Shown here: in pieces, positions 37,363 through 50,635 of the stretch
Layout: each line of letters begins with the position of its first letter
How positions within the stretch are numbered: the first letter of the stretch is position 1
Assembly: GCA_002633005.1 (NCBI GenBank)
Contig: NMRA01000225.1
Coordinates: 508,275 to 572,274, forward strand
Length of the DNA: 64,000 nt
Source: Phoronis australis
Taxonomy: Eukaryota; Animalia; Phoronida
Direction: 5' to 3'
Made by a program: the position numbers and the translations under genes
The notes under the pieces: model-generated
What the model was told of the DNA's origin: nothing
Seen by the model: only the letters and a program-made list of their open reading frames with translations
Databases searched by the model: none

Positions 37363-40300
37363 CTGAACCCTGTCCAAGTGCTTCAACACGTGGTAGATGT
37401 GCTGCAACTGAATACTGGGGTCAAATATGACTTGCAGGCTTTGAATGAATTCCTGTTCCTCTCCACCACACGAGCGCAGTTGGTCTTGTACAATTCTTAT
37501 CAATGGCTGGAATCTATCTGCACCTGTGTTTTGAGGCCATGAAAAATTATTGTAAATGAACCGTCTCAAAAGCCGAGCTGCCAATTTACTGTCAACGCTT
37601 GTCTGTGCAAGTCGAGCATAAAATTGAGCATCAACCTTTTCACGGAACTCAACTGGAAGTTTGTCTTCTGCACAACGGCACACTAGCTCATCAAGTACAT
37701 CACAGAGAGCTGCTAAATGACAAAGCTGTAAAGTGTTGCCAGGAAGAAGCTCACCAGGAAATTCTGGATAACGCATCTCGGTGTTAACGTACTCAGTGAT
37801 CGTCATGGTAGGCGAACACCTTTCACTAGGTCTGTCCCACACTTGAAGTATCACATCTAGGTGTATTTTCAATCTTTCGCGGTTTCGTACGTTAACGTCC
37901 TCAAGGATTGTCCTGAAAGTGTCAGGCAATGGCTTGTGCTTGGAACTAGTTTTAAAATAGAGCCTCGGAATTGTATTGGTTGCAACTTCATTGGTATATC
38001 GGAAAAAGGGAAACATGTCAAGCAGCACGTGTGCTTTCCCAAAAACAAGTCGCTTGCCGAGGATTAGTTCGATTGCATAGAAATCAAACTGGATGTCGTA
38101 GCCCATTCCATAATCGACGTTGAACTGGGACCTCTTAAGCAGACCATCCTCCCATTCATCCCACGAGCAATCGATGATTTGAGAAGTTTTGACGTCAGTT
38201 ACTGCAGTCATGGGGATAACGGCGGTTGCTTGGTCTTGGAGTAAGAAACTCAAAACCTTACACTCTCCTTTAGCAGTCATTACCATAACATTCTCAAGGA
38301 AACTGTTTTGTATGGAGACCAATGCCTTGATAACTTTGTATATATTCGATTCTTTGTTTACAGCAATGCATTCTTCTAGTCTCGATCGGTGATGCAATGG
38401 CTCCAGTTGCGACAAAGTGGAATCGTACGATGCTAGATGCTCGATGTTCTCGAGTATTCCAATCCAGGATTTTTGAAGATCGTTGAAGGCCTGCAACAAC
38501 TTTAGTTTTGCCTTTGTATCTTGAGTGCTTTCCATAACATCCATAATGAAATTACTGGAGTGTGTGCGGAGAACGGCGTTACTTTTAAACGTATTAATTG
38601 TGTTTTGCCATACGAGTAAGGATTTCAGAAATTTGACGAGGGAGATACAATCTTTCACAAAGTAAAAATAGCCCAGAAATGGATTTCTGTTTTTCCACTT
38701 GCTCGTCATGTAAGCACCATATAAACTTTGAGCCGTCTTGACAGGTGTGAATCTAAACAGCGTCTGAACAAAGTTTCCGCTTTCGTTCTCAGGTAACTCC
38801 TCAATCGCAGACTCAAACGAATCTAAAGAGAAGCACGCTGTGTCACGCATAAACTCCTTGATGATTCGGTGTCGCCTCTGCACTAACTCACTTACCTCGA
38901 TGGTAAAAAATTGCATCCACTCGTCACTCTCTTCTGCTGAGTTGAATGTGCAGGTGCCTTTGAGTAACAGTGGCTGCAAACGTTGTACTACTATATGTAA
39001 GAAACAGCAAATGTGGTTTGCTGGCAAACAGAACATATCTTGCAGTCGATTCCACAAAGCCATTATTTGATCGACCTCGTTTTCGACTTCAGATACGCTG
39101 TGCTCTGTTAATGCATACCCGGACAAAATGCTACTGTGAAGAAGCAATTTGAAGATCACGTAAGGTGGAGAATTGCAGTTTGGAATATTCCAGCTTGGTA
39201 CTCTATACGGAATGGTAGTACAGTGTTCCTCTGAATGCTCCTCTCGGCGGGTACCACACATAGGGCACACGCCAAAAGTCGTTACAGTTTTATGCATGCA
39301 ACTACACTCGATAGCCCGAAAGTTAGGTTGATGGGTTGAAGTGGTGTCGACGTGGATTTTAGGAATGCATAACTGCTTCAGTTCAGACGGGTTAAAGAAT
39401 GCCTTCGTGAATAAACCGGAGATGACCATGCTGCCTCCTGTCGTAACCTCGTCTTCGCACGACACGGCCACGCATGCCATGTGAACAGCTACCGAAGCCA
39501 CAAGCACAGTTTTCAGGTCACTTGTCGGTGAAATGTCAAGCATAGAACTACTAAACCTCTTGTTAAATGAAAGGCACTTCAAAATATTTGCAAAGGCAGT
39601 TGGGAAATGTGCCGTGAGCTCAGATACACGTTGTCCAGTATCCTTTTCAGAAGGCTTAAGTTGCCTAAGCCCAGACACCAAGTACATTCTGTCCACAATC
39701 ATAGCTAAAAGGGCGTGTCTCTTTTCCACAGATGTACTAGCTTCAAGTATACAATCTTCCATGTCGATCTCGTCTCCATTCAATAGTTTCAAGAATGAGT
39801 CACATGCTTTGTGATACCCTGGTGTTAAGGACATAACATTAAACCCAATGGGATTCACGTTCGGAGAGTTCGTCCAGTTTGTGTTTTGAAGAACAGGAAG
39901 TTTGCAACTGTAGTTATTACAAATCATTTGCAATTCTGTGAGTCCCATATCGAAATGCATAACTTTAAAAAGGAATTGTATCAATAAGTCTTTTGAACTG
40001 GAAGTGCCTTCTATCAACTGCGAAACTTGTTGGAGGACGCTGTCGGACACGAGTCGTGTCTTATTGGATAGTTGTCCACCAACAACTCTAATAAACGCTT
40101 TCAAGTAACCAGCAGCAACCACAAATTTAACTGACTTACCGTGTCCCTCAGAAACTACCGCTTGTGATCTTCTTGCGTTTTGAAGATATTCAGATACAGA
40201 GTCGTCGCATAATTCCACCGTCATTCGTCTGAATAGATCAATTTCAACAACATCGCACATCAAGACTGCTAAATTAGACGCACACTTTTCTGATGAGTTT

Positions 40301-43300
40301 CTGAAGACACGGTCAATTTCACCCACAATCGACTGGTCAGAAAGCATGCATTCGCTGAGGATGTCTTCATAAAGCTTAGAGTTCCGTTCAGTTTCGCCAA
40401 ACCACAATCGATCAATTACAGGCCCAAGAAATTGCCATATCTCATCGAGAATCTGTCCCTCTGACATCTTTTTCAAGAACAAAGTTACAGCCACACTGTC
40501 CTGATTAGCATCTAAGCAGCACATTAAGTAGAAACTCACAAACTTAGCCACACGATCAAAGGGGACATTGTTCCCAAGGGCAGTTGCAAGATTCATTATT
40601 GTGTCAAATAACGCCTTAGATTCTAGAGGATGCTCTTCGTCTCGGACACATTCAGCAAACTGGGACAAGATATCTAGATCTCCCGGAATAAACGGAATTA
40701 ATAGGTTGGTGGTCAAATCGCTCAGCACACGCAACACATGAAGTGTACTTGGATAACAGCTTATGTGGTTAGCCACAGATAGAACTCCGTTCGTCTTGTA
40801 CTGCCAAGTAGCGACATTCCCGCACCGGCTTATCAGGTTGTGATACGGGAGTATACTTTTGCAGGCAGTATCTACGAAAGCATCTTCGGGCGCTAATTCG
40901 GTCGCATTGTCTGCTGATTCCGTCAAATCAGTTACTGGGACATTAGCTATGTCTTTGCACATAGAGGCTAAACGAGCAATATTGAAAACTGTGTCTCTTC
41001 TAACCCAAAAGTTAGTGATGAATTGAACAGCGTGATTGATAGAACGACCCATTGCTTCCCTGTCGGAGACATTTATTGACCATTTCAAAATGTGCATAAG
41101 TTCGTCATTGGATAAACGAGTGACTAAGTCGCTAGATTCGATAGCACAAAAATCTTCAATAAGTTCGGAAGTGTCGTTCTCAAAAAAACGACGAAGCTCA
41201 GGAAGGTTTTTAAGCATAACACGCTGATAGCCAGATTGCAGTTGGCGATAACACTCTGAAAAATCATCATTCTCTTCGATGTCTTCGTATTCTTGAAGAA
41301 ATTGTTCTTCGTATTCCTTTAGTCGATCAACAAAGATTTTGATGAAGGGGATTGAGTAGGCTGATCGACTGCCCTCACAGGTGTAAAAGTCAATTTCATA
41401 GTATTTTGGCAAACTATCAATGCAAAAGATTTTGGGGTTTAGGAAAATCTCTGTCCAAAACTCTTCGTGAATTTCAAAACTGTTCCAAGCTCCACACCTT
41501 TCCAACAGAAAGACGACCATTGCCAACGGTTCACGCACTATTCCTTGGATATAAGAAGTGACAGTCGTCATCAAGGGGAAAGAGTTGCAGAAATTATAGC
41601 CGTCAGAGGCCAGTTTCACACACCATGACTGCGGAGAGAAAGCCTCTTCCTGCTGTGCACTGTTGGTTGCTATCCAGCGCAGTACGTATTCTGCTATGGC
41701 ACTCGACATCGGCGAGAATTTCGCATCTCTTGTAATTCTCAAAATACACTGGCTGGTTCGAGGAACAGCAGTGTATCTAATGCGCGAGAACGCCCAAAGT
41801 AGACTTTCCTTAACATACTGTTCGACTTGAAATAATTGTCCATCTTCCAATGTGTCGGCTACAGACATTGTTAGAAGTGAGGGAATGGGAAGGCGTGGCT
41901 CATCAAGTGAGTCGATGTTAATCAGCTGCCAGGAGCTGAGGAAACCGAGTTCCCAGTTATCCGAATGGTTGTCCATGTGAACGATAATAACAACATGCTT
42001 TTTAATATCCGTTTTTTTCTCCTTGTATTCAGCCCTGTACTTGTCGATGAGACTTTTTGCCAGGGTCATGTGCTGACTATCAAGCAACGGCTTGCATTGC
42101 AAAACCAGTATCTCATCTTCTCCATTAGTCCAGAACTGTTTGACGCTGTCACTCAGGATCCTTTCTGATTGAAATGTGCTGAGAACAAGGCATTTAACAT
42201 TGAACTTAACTGCGCTTTTGACATTGAATGTTAGTTCTGTTCTGCTGTAAATAACAGCCTTCAATCCCACGTTGTCCCTGACCAGCTTTGCATTAATTTC
42301 ACTGTCCACATCGAATGCGTTCTCAAGAAAGTGGTTCAATCCTTTATGAATTGGGAGCTGGAAGTAACGACTTTGCCAAGCACGTGTTTCTGCCGCAGAT
42401 TGTGCAGCTAGCTGAGAACGAGAAGCGCGGAGTACTCCATCTGGTGAGCAAATCCACATCAGTGCTTCTTTGCATTGTTTCAAAAGTTCGCCTTTTGCCT
42501 CAGGACTTAAGGCCGGTGTATCAGGCCATTTTGCTAATATTAGCGATGGCATCAGGTCATCCCAGTAGCCACAAATCGCGCCTGAAATAGTGAACAATTC
42601 CATCATCTCGGGAATCGTGCACATGTCGCGAAGCCAGTCTTCCATTTCTTTGACAACGTCTCTTTGTTGAAGAGATAGCACATCTCTGAACGACAGGTTT
42701 TGTTTTTCAAACCTGTTTAAAAGTGGTGGGTCTGAATACGCAACTTTTGATTTATCAACAAGAATGATACATTTGAATGTATCATGGACATAGCACAACG
42801 GATTGCTAAATGCTCCCAAAGCAATCCTGCAAGTTTTTCCAAAACTGTGAATGCTATAGCTTTGATTAAGCATGTCGTAGAGACTTCCGTATATGCTTTC
42901 CAAGTCTTTGAGAACAAGTATGACTCCTTTCTCCATACATAAGATAATTTTGCTCAAAGTCCTATAATTGTAATCTTCATTCAAATCTTCCTGGAACTGA
43001 CTGCCAAAAATCACTTCGTACTCCCGATTTTGAGAAGCAATAAAATTTTCCAATAGAATAAAACCAGAAGCACCATGCGTAATCAACATGAGATGTCGTG
43101 CTGCTTTGTCATTGATGTTCGCTTGCACAAGCTCCTTTACTGGTAAAAGTGCTTCGCACTTCTCCAGGGGATCGATATGCCTAAGGAAGTGATTCACAAC
43201 AACTGCTGTCTGTCCTTCTAAGCCACCAAAATTGCGAAGCAATCCCATTTTCCAGTGATTCATGTCTATGTCACATGATTTAGTGCAAAGGTATTTGACG

Positions 43301-46300
43301 AGCGAGTAGTAGTCTCGGAGACCGTGAAAGTTGTCATGACTTTGTTTGTTTCGATATTCAACATATGCTTTCGACAAAGCCTCTAATGTTTGGCGCGGCA
43401 AACGGGGCAAAGTCGTTTGGTTTTCATCAGTTTCATCCACGGCAATAGACAGAGCTGTGTTAAACAGTTCTTCAGCGTCTGGCTCCGGCCTCGATAAGTG
43501 AATGGCTCTGTTCATTTTAGCAGCATCCAATGCCCAATTTGATATCCCCACCACAGCAATGTCCAATGGTCTGCCATCCTCGTTTTCCAAAAGGCTGTGT
43601 AACACCTTCAACGGATTCGAACTTGAAAGTTCAGCCAAGCCTATTTCGTCAATAAGTACTACAGGTAAAAAGTCATCGCCGCTATTGCTTTTTCTGTATC
43701 GTCTTGCCTTCTCAAAAACATTAATTATTCCTTCAGATGTTGATGACGTCGAACCTTGATATGACAGAACAAAAACCTGAGGCAAAGCTCTGAAAAGGGC
43801 ATTTTGGGACTCTTGGCCACGGAGATTATTCTGTATCAGCTGAACAGACAGGGATTTGCTACATCCTGGCTTACCAACCAGAAAAATTGGCAGTTTGTTC
43901 AAAATGCATACCAGAACGAGGAAAACGTTCTCACGCAGCGCCGTATTTTTAGCTGTGTTATTTGGTAGCACCATTCGGCTCAATAAATCTTTCTGTTCTT
44001 CCTGTATGATATCTTCGAAAGCACCAGAGCTGTATTGATAGCCATTGTTAATCAGGCAAGTGGACATTTCTCTACAGTAATCCACACGGGCAATGGCTGT
44101 TGGAAGTCGTGACAGATAGCAATGTGCCAAAGACAAAAACACTGCTCGCATTATCGTGCTTTCATTTGTTTCATAACTTCTGTTGTCAGCTTCACACTTT
44201 TTCTTCAGGAAGGTGTCCATAAACCAAACAACAAGACCCACACATCGCCTTACATTTCGCAAACTGACACACCAAGAGTTGCCTTCACGTTTCCGAACGA
44301 ATGTTTGCGAGACTGATAACAGGACTGTCAAAATGTCCCTGAATTTCCCAGGTAGGCTTTCTACACTGCCAACCATGCGTGAGATGTAAACTGTTTCGTC
44401 TTTCTCCTCAAGCGATCCGAAATCCCACACATAATCCATCAGAGCTTCTGGTAGTGGGTGGACTCGGTACACTAAGTTAGACCGAACGTCAGTCTTTACC
44501 TTGCCTTCTAAGCCCGACGTGAATATGGTGTCATCGCTCCGGATTTGGTATGGATTACAGGCTGCCAATAAAACAAGATTTGTTGCCAAGACCTGACCTC
44601 GACATGTTTGGTGACAAAGAATCTCGCTGATCAGTCCAATATGGTTGCAGGTATTTATTTCATCCATGAAAAACCAGAATTTTCTGTTCTGATGCTGTGT
44701 TGCTTGATCATTGATGCCCGTTATCTTGTCAATGATTGATCTTTCGTCTGTCCCTGCGTGTATGTGAAATACTTCCAAGCATACACCAACAGTTTTCGCC
44801 AGATAAATAACGAGACTTGTTTTACCACATCCAGTTTCACCCATAAGGACCACTGGCACTGCAGATTGAATTCGACAGAACATTAACACCATTTTAAGCA
44901 AATTGTCAGTGGTCAAGACGAAATTTGTTGGCAGGTCAGTAGGTGGAGACGGATCTGATCTTACAACTTTCTGTAAGGCGTTTTTCAAACTCAGTTGACT
45001 TGCCTCATTGCAATCGTACAATTGTTGTCCAAGTCGATCTTCGATTAGGTTCACCAACTGATAAGGAACTTGCTGACGGTTCTTAAAGAGCACGGAAATG
45101 GCATTATAGTCTAGCGCTTGGAAAACTAAAAGCAGATGATTGTCTTGAAACCAGCGTCTCATGCCTTTGACCCGCTCAGCCATTAGGTCTGCAGTTACAA
45201 CCAGAGTAGCTGACTGTGAACGTTGGCCAAACCTTGACTCACTTTCTACCGCAGCTTTCACCGCTCTCCTAGAAAAGGCCGCAAACACAGACATCATTTC
45301 CTTCACCAGCGTACTTTTAACAGTATTGTCTGCACCACACATAGCTCGCATACGTTTTGCTTGAAAGAAATAACTTGCTGATAATTTTTTCAGTTGATCT
45401 GCAAAGCATTTCATGAAAACTTCTACAGAACTGAATGATGAAGACTGGCTAATGTCCATATATTTACGCAGCAGACTGCGGCAGAAATCCAGAGACAGAG
45501 GCGCGACAGTAGAAATTCCGTCGAAGCAAATGTCTGTATTGTCTAGTGTTTCTTGATCAAGAGCATTCAGGTAGTGACAAACAACTTGGGTGGGGCTCTT
45601 TGCTTCCGGTGAAATTTTGTACATTTGGATTAAGTCGTCACCACTTTTCCAGTTTAAATGTATCTTCTGAAAAAATGTACATGTGTACAATGCGTTCTTC
45701 AGCCACTGGTTTAAACTATTGGCGATCTCAATGCAAACAAAACTTGTCGGCAAAACAAATCTGTTCGTACCACTTGAAGTTATACCCAATATAAGAAGCT
45801 CAAAAATGAAAGCTTCCAGTTGGTCAGGGTCGTCTACTTCATTTACGTCCAGATGAAGCAAAGAATTTGGCGCGATTGGAGTTGCTCGCAAGCGAGTGAT
45901 CAGCTCAGACTTATCAAAAGGTCCGCTTATGGGAAAACTCACTCTTGATCGTTTCTGAGCATGAGCTAGTTTACAAACTTCTTCTGTTTTGCCAGCACCA
46001 GGCACTGCCGACGTGATTGTGAAAACATTTCTACAGAGAGCCTGGAGGCAACTTGCGACATCTCCGGCAAACATAGGCCGAACAGCATGGATCATCTCTT
46101 GAAACTGGCTCATACTTTGAAGTGAAGCGCCTTTACACACAATGGCAAGCAAAAGGTGTGGATTTCTGTAATTTGATGGGCAATTAATGATCTTTTGAAG
46201 TTCGTCTATCAACGCAAACTGTAGATCGTTTTGAAGAAGTTCAAAATGAGTCAAACAGTACAGGTCTCTAGAGTCTTCGGAAGCAAGGCATCGCCAAAGA

Positions 46301-48901
46301 AATGATTGAATCTCTTCCCAGCACGTTTTCTTGGAACAGAATATAATCTGGTGTGGCTCTGGAAATCTCTCAGATAGGGTGCCGTACAAACTAAGAATAA
46401 TTGGAATCACTGAGGAAGAGCCCTCCTCAAGAGGCACAATCAAGGGCTGTCCAAATTTTACTTTGTCTTTCAGGGATACGTCCACGATACTTATAGGAAG
46501 CTTGCGATCTACTGGTTTCAGGTTATTAAACAGCTCGTCAAGCTGTTCGCCCACAAAACGTATTTCATCAACTAGATGAGTAGTATGGATCACACTGAAG
46601 CTTTTAAGCCTTTCTTCGACTAGCGGATGAACAAATTTCAGAATTGATAACGCCATGGTTTCATTTTTACCATTCTTAAAATAGTCATACAGTGTCCAGA
46701 GCTGATTGGAAAACACAAATTTCAGATGCGGATATTGTTGACGTACCAGCCTTAATTTCTCGTGCCACGTTTTGGAATCACACTTACACCGCTCCGCTAT
46801 TTGTTCCAATTGCAAAACAGATTGAACATCCTTTTTAAAATGTCTGTAAGTGAAATGACCAGACTTGTGAAGTTCAGTAGCCAATCTTAGAATGTCCTGA
46901 ACTAGCCCGTGTGTTTTTATAAAATTCTCAAGATGAGAAGTGTCGTCGCTGTTCTTACTTATTTTAAAGCCTTCCTTTCCAACCATGTCTTGATTTCTCA
47001 GTAGCAAAGCTCTGTTTTTAAAATCAGAAAGTTCTTGAAAAGTAAATGCTTTCATTCCATCAGATTCAACTATCGATACACAGGCGTGACATTCACTTGA
47101 TTGAAAAAAAAACCTGAACTTTCCCCATAACATGATGGCTGTGACGATCCCAATCGTCATCCCTCCCCTGTCAGCTACACTAGAGTGCAAAGACTTTAAG
47201 GCGCTGAAGTGCTCTCTGCATCCTCGTATTTTGGCAGCTATGTTTTCCGAGGCTTGTTGACAAGTTTTCTTTAAAACTCTAACAACACGTTCCCCAATAA
47301 CTTCGCGTGTCTGTTCCGTCGTACCTTCGTCCAGCTCTATTAGCGCCTTGACAAAACGCCGTACTTCAATCAACTGAGGGACTTGTGCTGCTGCCACGAT
47401 CAAGTCGGAACGATCTTCAACAGCGTCAATCAGATACCTAAAATCCTCATCTTGATTTTGCTCCAAAAATTGTAAGAGATTTTCTGACTTTGAAAGCTCA
47501 ACCAGAACTCCAATAATTTTATTGTTAGATACCACATCTTTCAGAAATTCAATAGTTCTGTTGAGTCGCAAAAGACTACACTTATTGTGGGTATCTGGCA
47601 TAAATATCTTTTTGCCATCTTTGACAACAATTGAGAGGCTCTGTAGTATTTTCTTTAAGTTTCGGGAGCAATCATGAAATATTTTTTCATGTCTACGAAA
47701 GAAATCGTAATTAAGTAAAACGTCTCTGCACGTAAGGGTACACTGCAGATGTTTCTCAATAGTATCGATTTCACCCTGCATGTCGGTACAAGTTCCAAAC
47801 GTTTCTTCAACAAGAGTTCTGTCAATATCACCGGCTCCTTGGAATGCAAAAACTTTCTCTTTGAACGTTTCGTAAACAGATGTTGCTAAATGAACCATGA
47901 TGTCCGACACATGCCATTTTCGAGACTTCATACTTGTCAGAGATTGTTGACAAGTGGTTATGAAAACTTCACAGCTCTTTAGAGAGAGCAAGACCTCAAT
48001 TGCTTCGTTGTACTCCATAAATCTACTTAAGTAGTCGCCGATTTCATTGACTTTGCTGTTGGTTTCATCATCCAATTTGTTTTGAATGTCTTCAAGGTGT
48101 TCCACAAATTCACTTCCGTCAACTGGCTGAATAGTTTTGAAGAGTTTGATAAGAATGTATTGCCTGAAGTCAACAAGTTTTTCCAACATCATTCGTGTTT
48201 TAGTAAAATCGCGGTCAAACTTGTTCAGTCGTTCGTAGAAATCGTTTTCTTGAAACACCTGTTGCATAAGTAGTTTGCTTCTGTCAGATTGATGGTCTTT
48301 AAAAACCTTAACAAGTTCCCGTGCTCTTCGTATTGTACATGTACATGTACCTTGTATTAGGCTTGAAGAAGCCACGTTTAAAACAACACGTGCTTTCTTT
48401 GAAGAGGAATGCTCCTTTACTGAGGAACCAAACAGACCTTGCGCAGATAATTTCTTTCTCCAAAAGACACTTTCTTCAAGAATTTTGCGGAGAACATCAG
48501 GTATGCAATCGTCCTGGATGCTGGTGACTTCAGGAATTGATGCTCTTTTCTCACTGTTAAGTACAGACTCGAACGGCACCAAATATAATCTGCAAGAGTT
48601 ATTGCGAATACACAACATAATACTGAATGTAAGCAGCCACAATTCGGGCATTTTATCTCCCCAAAATAAAAAATGGGTTGGGTCAGGCTTGGTGGCAACT
48701 GTGTTGAGTAAATGATTAGCAACTGCCACGAATTGTGTTCAGTAGTTCATTGAAGTTGTTTTGAGTAAGTAGATCCAGAAATTTGATCTCTGCTCTGTTG
48801 TAGCCGGATTCGGATATCCCGCTATTTTCAAAGCACTTTCTTGTTCAGCGCAAAATTTTAACCGCACACAAATGTACAGGTACCCTTCAGACCAATGGAA
48901 A
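37363..48901 (-). CDS. RNF213: Giant 11,539-nt exon of an RNF213/mysterin-like AAA+ ATPase/E3-module protein
   Basis: The 3791-aa ORF has the RNF213 motif order: SAVPGAGKT/LHLDV, GETGCGKT/FFMDEIN, LAACNPY, LVYRVHPLP, VSLR, ALRENVF, GKPGCSKS/LIDEIGLAE, SNWALDAAKMNR, GLRDYYSL, LYDMLNQ, PLLNRFEKQ, then an E3-module-like region with an RZ-like CSCMH-x8-CPMC. Acceptor ttttacag at 48902/48903 and donor GTGAGT at 37362. One in-frame TGA lies at 48739-48741. Confidence 0.93.
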
Positions 48902-50469
48902 CTGTAAAAATCTGGTTAGTACCGACATATTTAACCTCTATTTTTATAATCTGCAGTGCAAGAGCATTACTACATTTGTTTCAGCTATGGGTCCGAAGCA
49001 AAGGTGAATTTGTGATTGCTAGGAGAATGTTTGGTTATTTTTTGGCCTCCCACCTTCTCCCCTTGACGTAGCAAGGCAAAAAGACATGGCTTTGCTGAAC
49101 TTCTTTGTCCTTGAGAAACCCCATCGAGTGTGCTGTTTAAGTTATGCTTTACCAGGTGTCTTGAGTGCCATATTTGTGGCTACGTCGAGATCAGCAACAT
49201 GAATTGTGTTCTTAGCCCTTAGGTGGTGTAGACTGCATGCCAGAATTTTATTTTGACGCACGCACACAAGCACAAGCGCAAGCATACGCACACGTGCAAA
49301 CGCACAGGCACACATCAAGTGGGACTGCACACCAAATTTGTAGGTTTTTGACACAAAGGCAATGGAGGCTATATTTTGGTAGGAACAATGCACCTTATAA
49401 ACGGACCATCAAACGTTTGGTGGCCAAATTTCAGGAAAATGGGAATGTAACAAATACCAATGAAGGTCACCGAGGTCAATATCTTTCAACCAAAATTCCC
49501 AACAACATCCAAACTTTGCGGGAACATCTTAGGCAACCGCCGAGAACATCAACTCTCCGCCTTCTACAAGAAANNNNNNNNNNNNNNNNNNNNNNNNNNN
49601 NNNNNNNNNNNNNNNNNNNNNNNNNNNNNNNNNNNNNNNNNNNNNNNNNNNNNNNNNNNNNNNNNNNNNNNNNNNNNNNNNNNNNNNNNNNNNNNNNNNN
49701 NNNNNNNNNNNNNNNNNNNNNNNNNNNTTTTCAAAGCACGTTCTTGTTCAGCGCAAAATTTTAACCGCACACAAATGTACAGGTACCCTTCAGACCAATG
49801 GAAACTGTAAAAATCTGGTTAGTAACGACAAACTTTAACCTCTATTTTTATAATCTACAGTGCAAGAACATTACTACCTTTGTATCAGCTATGGGTCCAA
49901 AGCAATCGTGAAATTGTGATTACTAGGAGAATTTTTGGTTATTTTTTGGCATCCCACCATCTCCTCTTGACGTAGCAAGGCAAAAAGACATGGCTTTGCT
50001 GAACTTCTTTGTCCTTAAGAAACCCCATCGAGTGTGCTGTTTAAGTTATGCATTACCAGGTGTCTTGAGTGCCAGATTTGTGGCTACGTCGAGATTAACA
50101 ACATGAATTGTGTTCTTAGCCTTAGGTGGTGTGGACTGCATGCCTGAATTTTATTTTGACGCACGCACACACACAAGCGCACGCACACGTGCACACGCAC
50201 AGGCACACATCAAGCGGGGCTGCACACTAAACTCGTTGCGTTTTTGACACAAAGACAATGGAAGCAATATTTTGGTTGGAACAATGCACCTTATAAATGG
50301 ACCATCAAACGTTTGGTGGCCAAATTTCATGAAAATGGGAATGTAACAAATACCAATGAAGGTCACCGAGGTCAATATCTTTCAAGCAAAATTCCCAACA
50401 ACATCCAAACTTTGCGGGAACATGTTAGGCAATCGTCGAGAACATCAACTCACCGCCTGCTACAAGAAA
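48826..50469. repeat. ~745-bp diverged duplication flanking a 154-N gap, including the 5' end and acceptor of the giant RNF213-like exon
   Basis: 48826-49573 aligns with 49728-50469 with many SNPs and small indels; gap at 49574-49727. Confidence 0.85.
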
Positions 50470-50560
50470 TTGAAATTTAGAAGTCATCAATTGTAGTGGC
50501 ATTCGAAACATACCCTGAAGGGGCAGTTGATGAGTGTTCTCAATAAAGCGGAACGATTAA
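50215..50560 (+). mobile_element. Tc1/mariner transposase N-terminal (DUF4817-like HTH) remnant; second copy at about 49320-49573
   Basis: QRQWKQYFG..APYKWTIKRLVAKFHENGNV......GQ.....PNNIQTLREHVRQSSRTSTHRLLQEIEI matches the N-terminal HTH pattern of DD34-41D/E transposases; truncated by a stop. Confidence 0.7.
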
Positions 50561-50635
50561 CATTATGTCGGAGCACCAGTCACAGGATACAAAACGTTAC
50601 TGGCTAGCTGGATTTGAAAAAAAAGAAGAGATCTG

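Noticed and set aside
37315-48715. Numerous short plus-strand ORFs
   Set aside because: They are antisense shadows of the long RNF213-like coding exon, with no independent features.
37354-48729. ORF-track start (GTG 48729) and stop (37354) as the real gene ends
   Set aside because: The frame continues upstream to a splice acceptor at 48901, and the last codons overlap a consensus GTGAGT donor.
48739-48741. In-frame TGA as selenocysteine or programmed readthrough
   Set aside because: No convincing SECIS (AUGA...AA...GA) was seen in the putative 3' UTR, the context TGA-ACA is not a leaky TGA-CTAG type, and the same gene also has an in-frame TAG and apparent indels.
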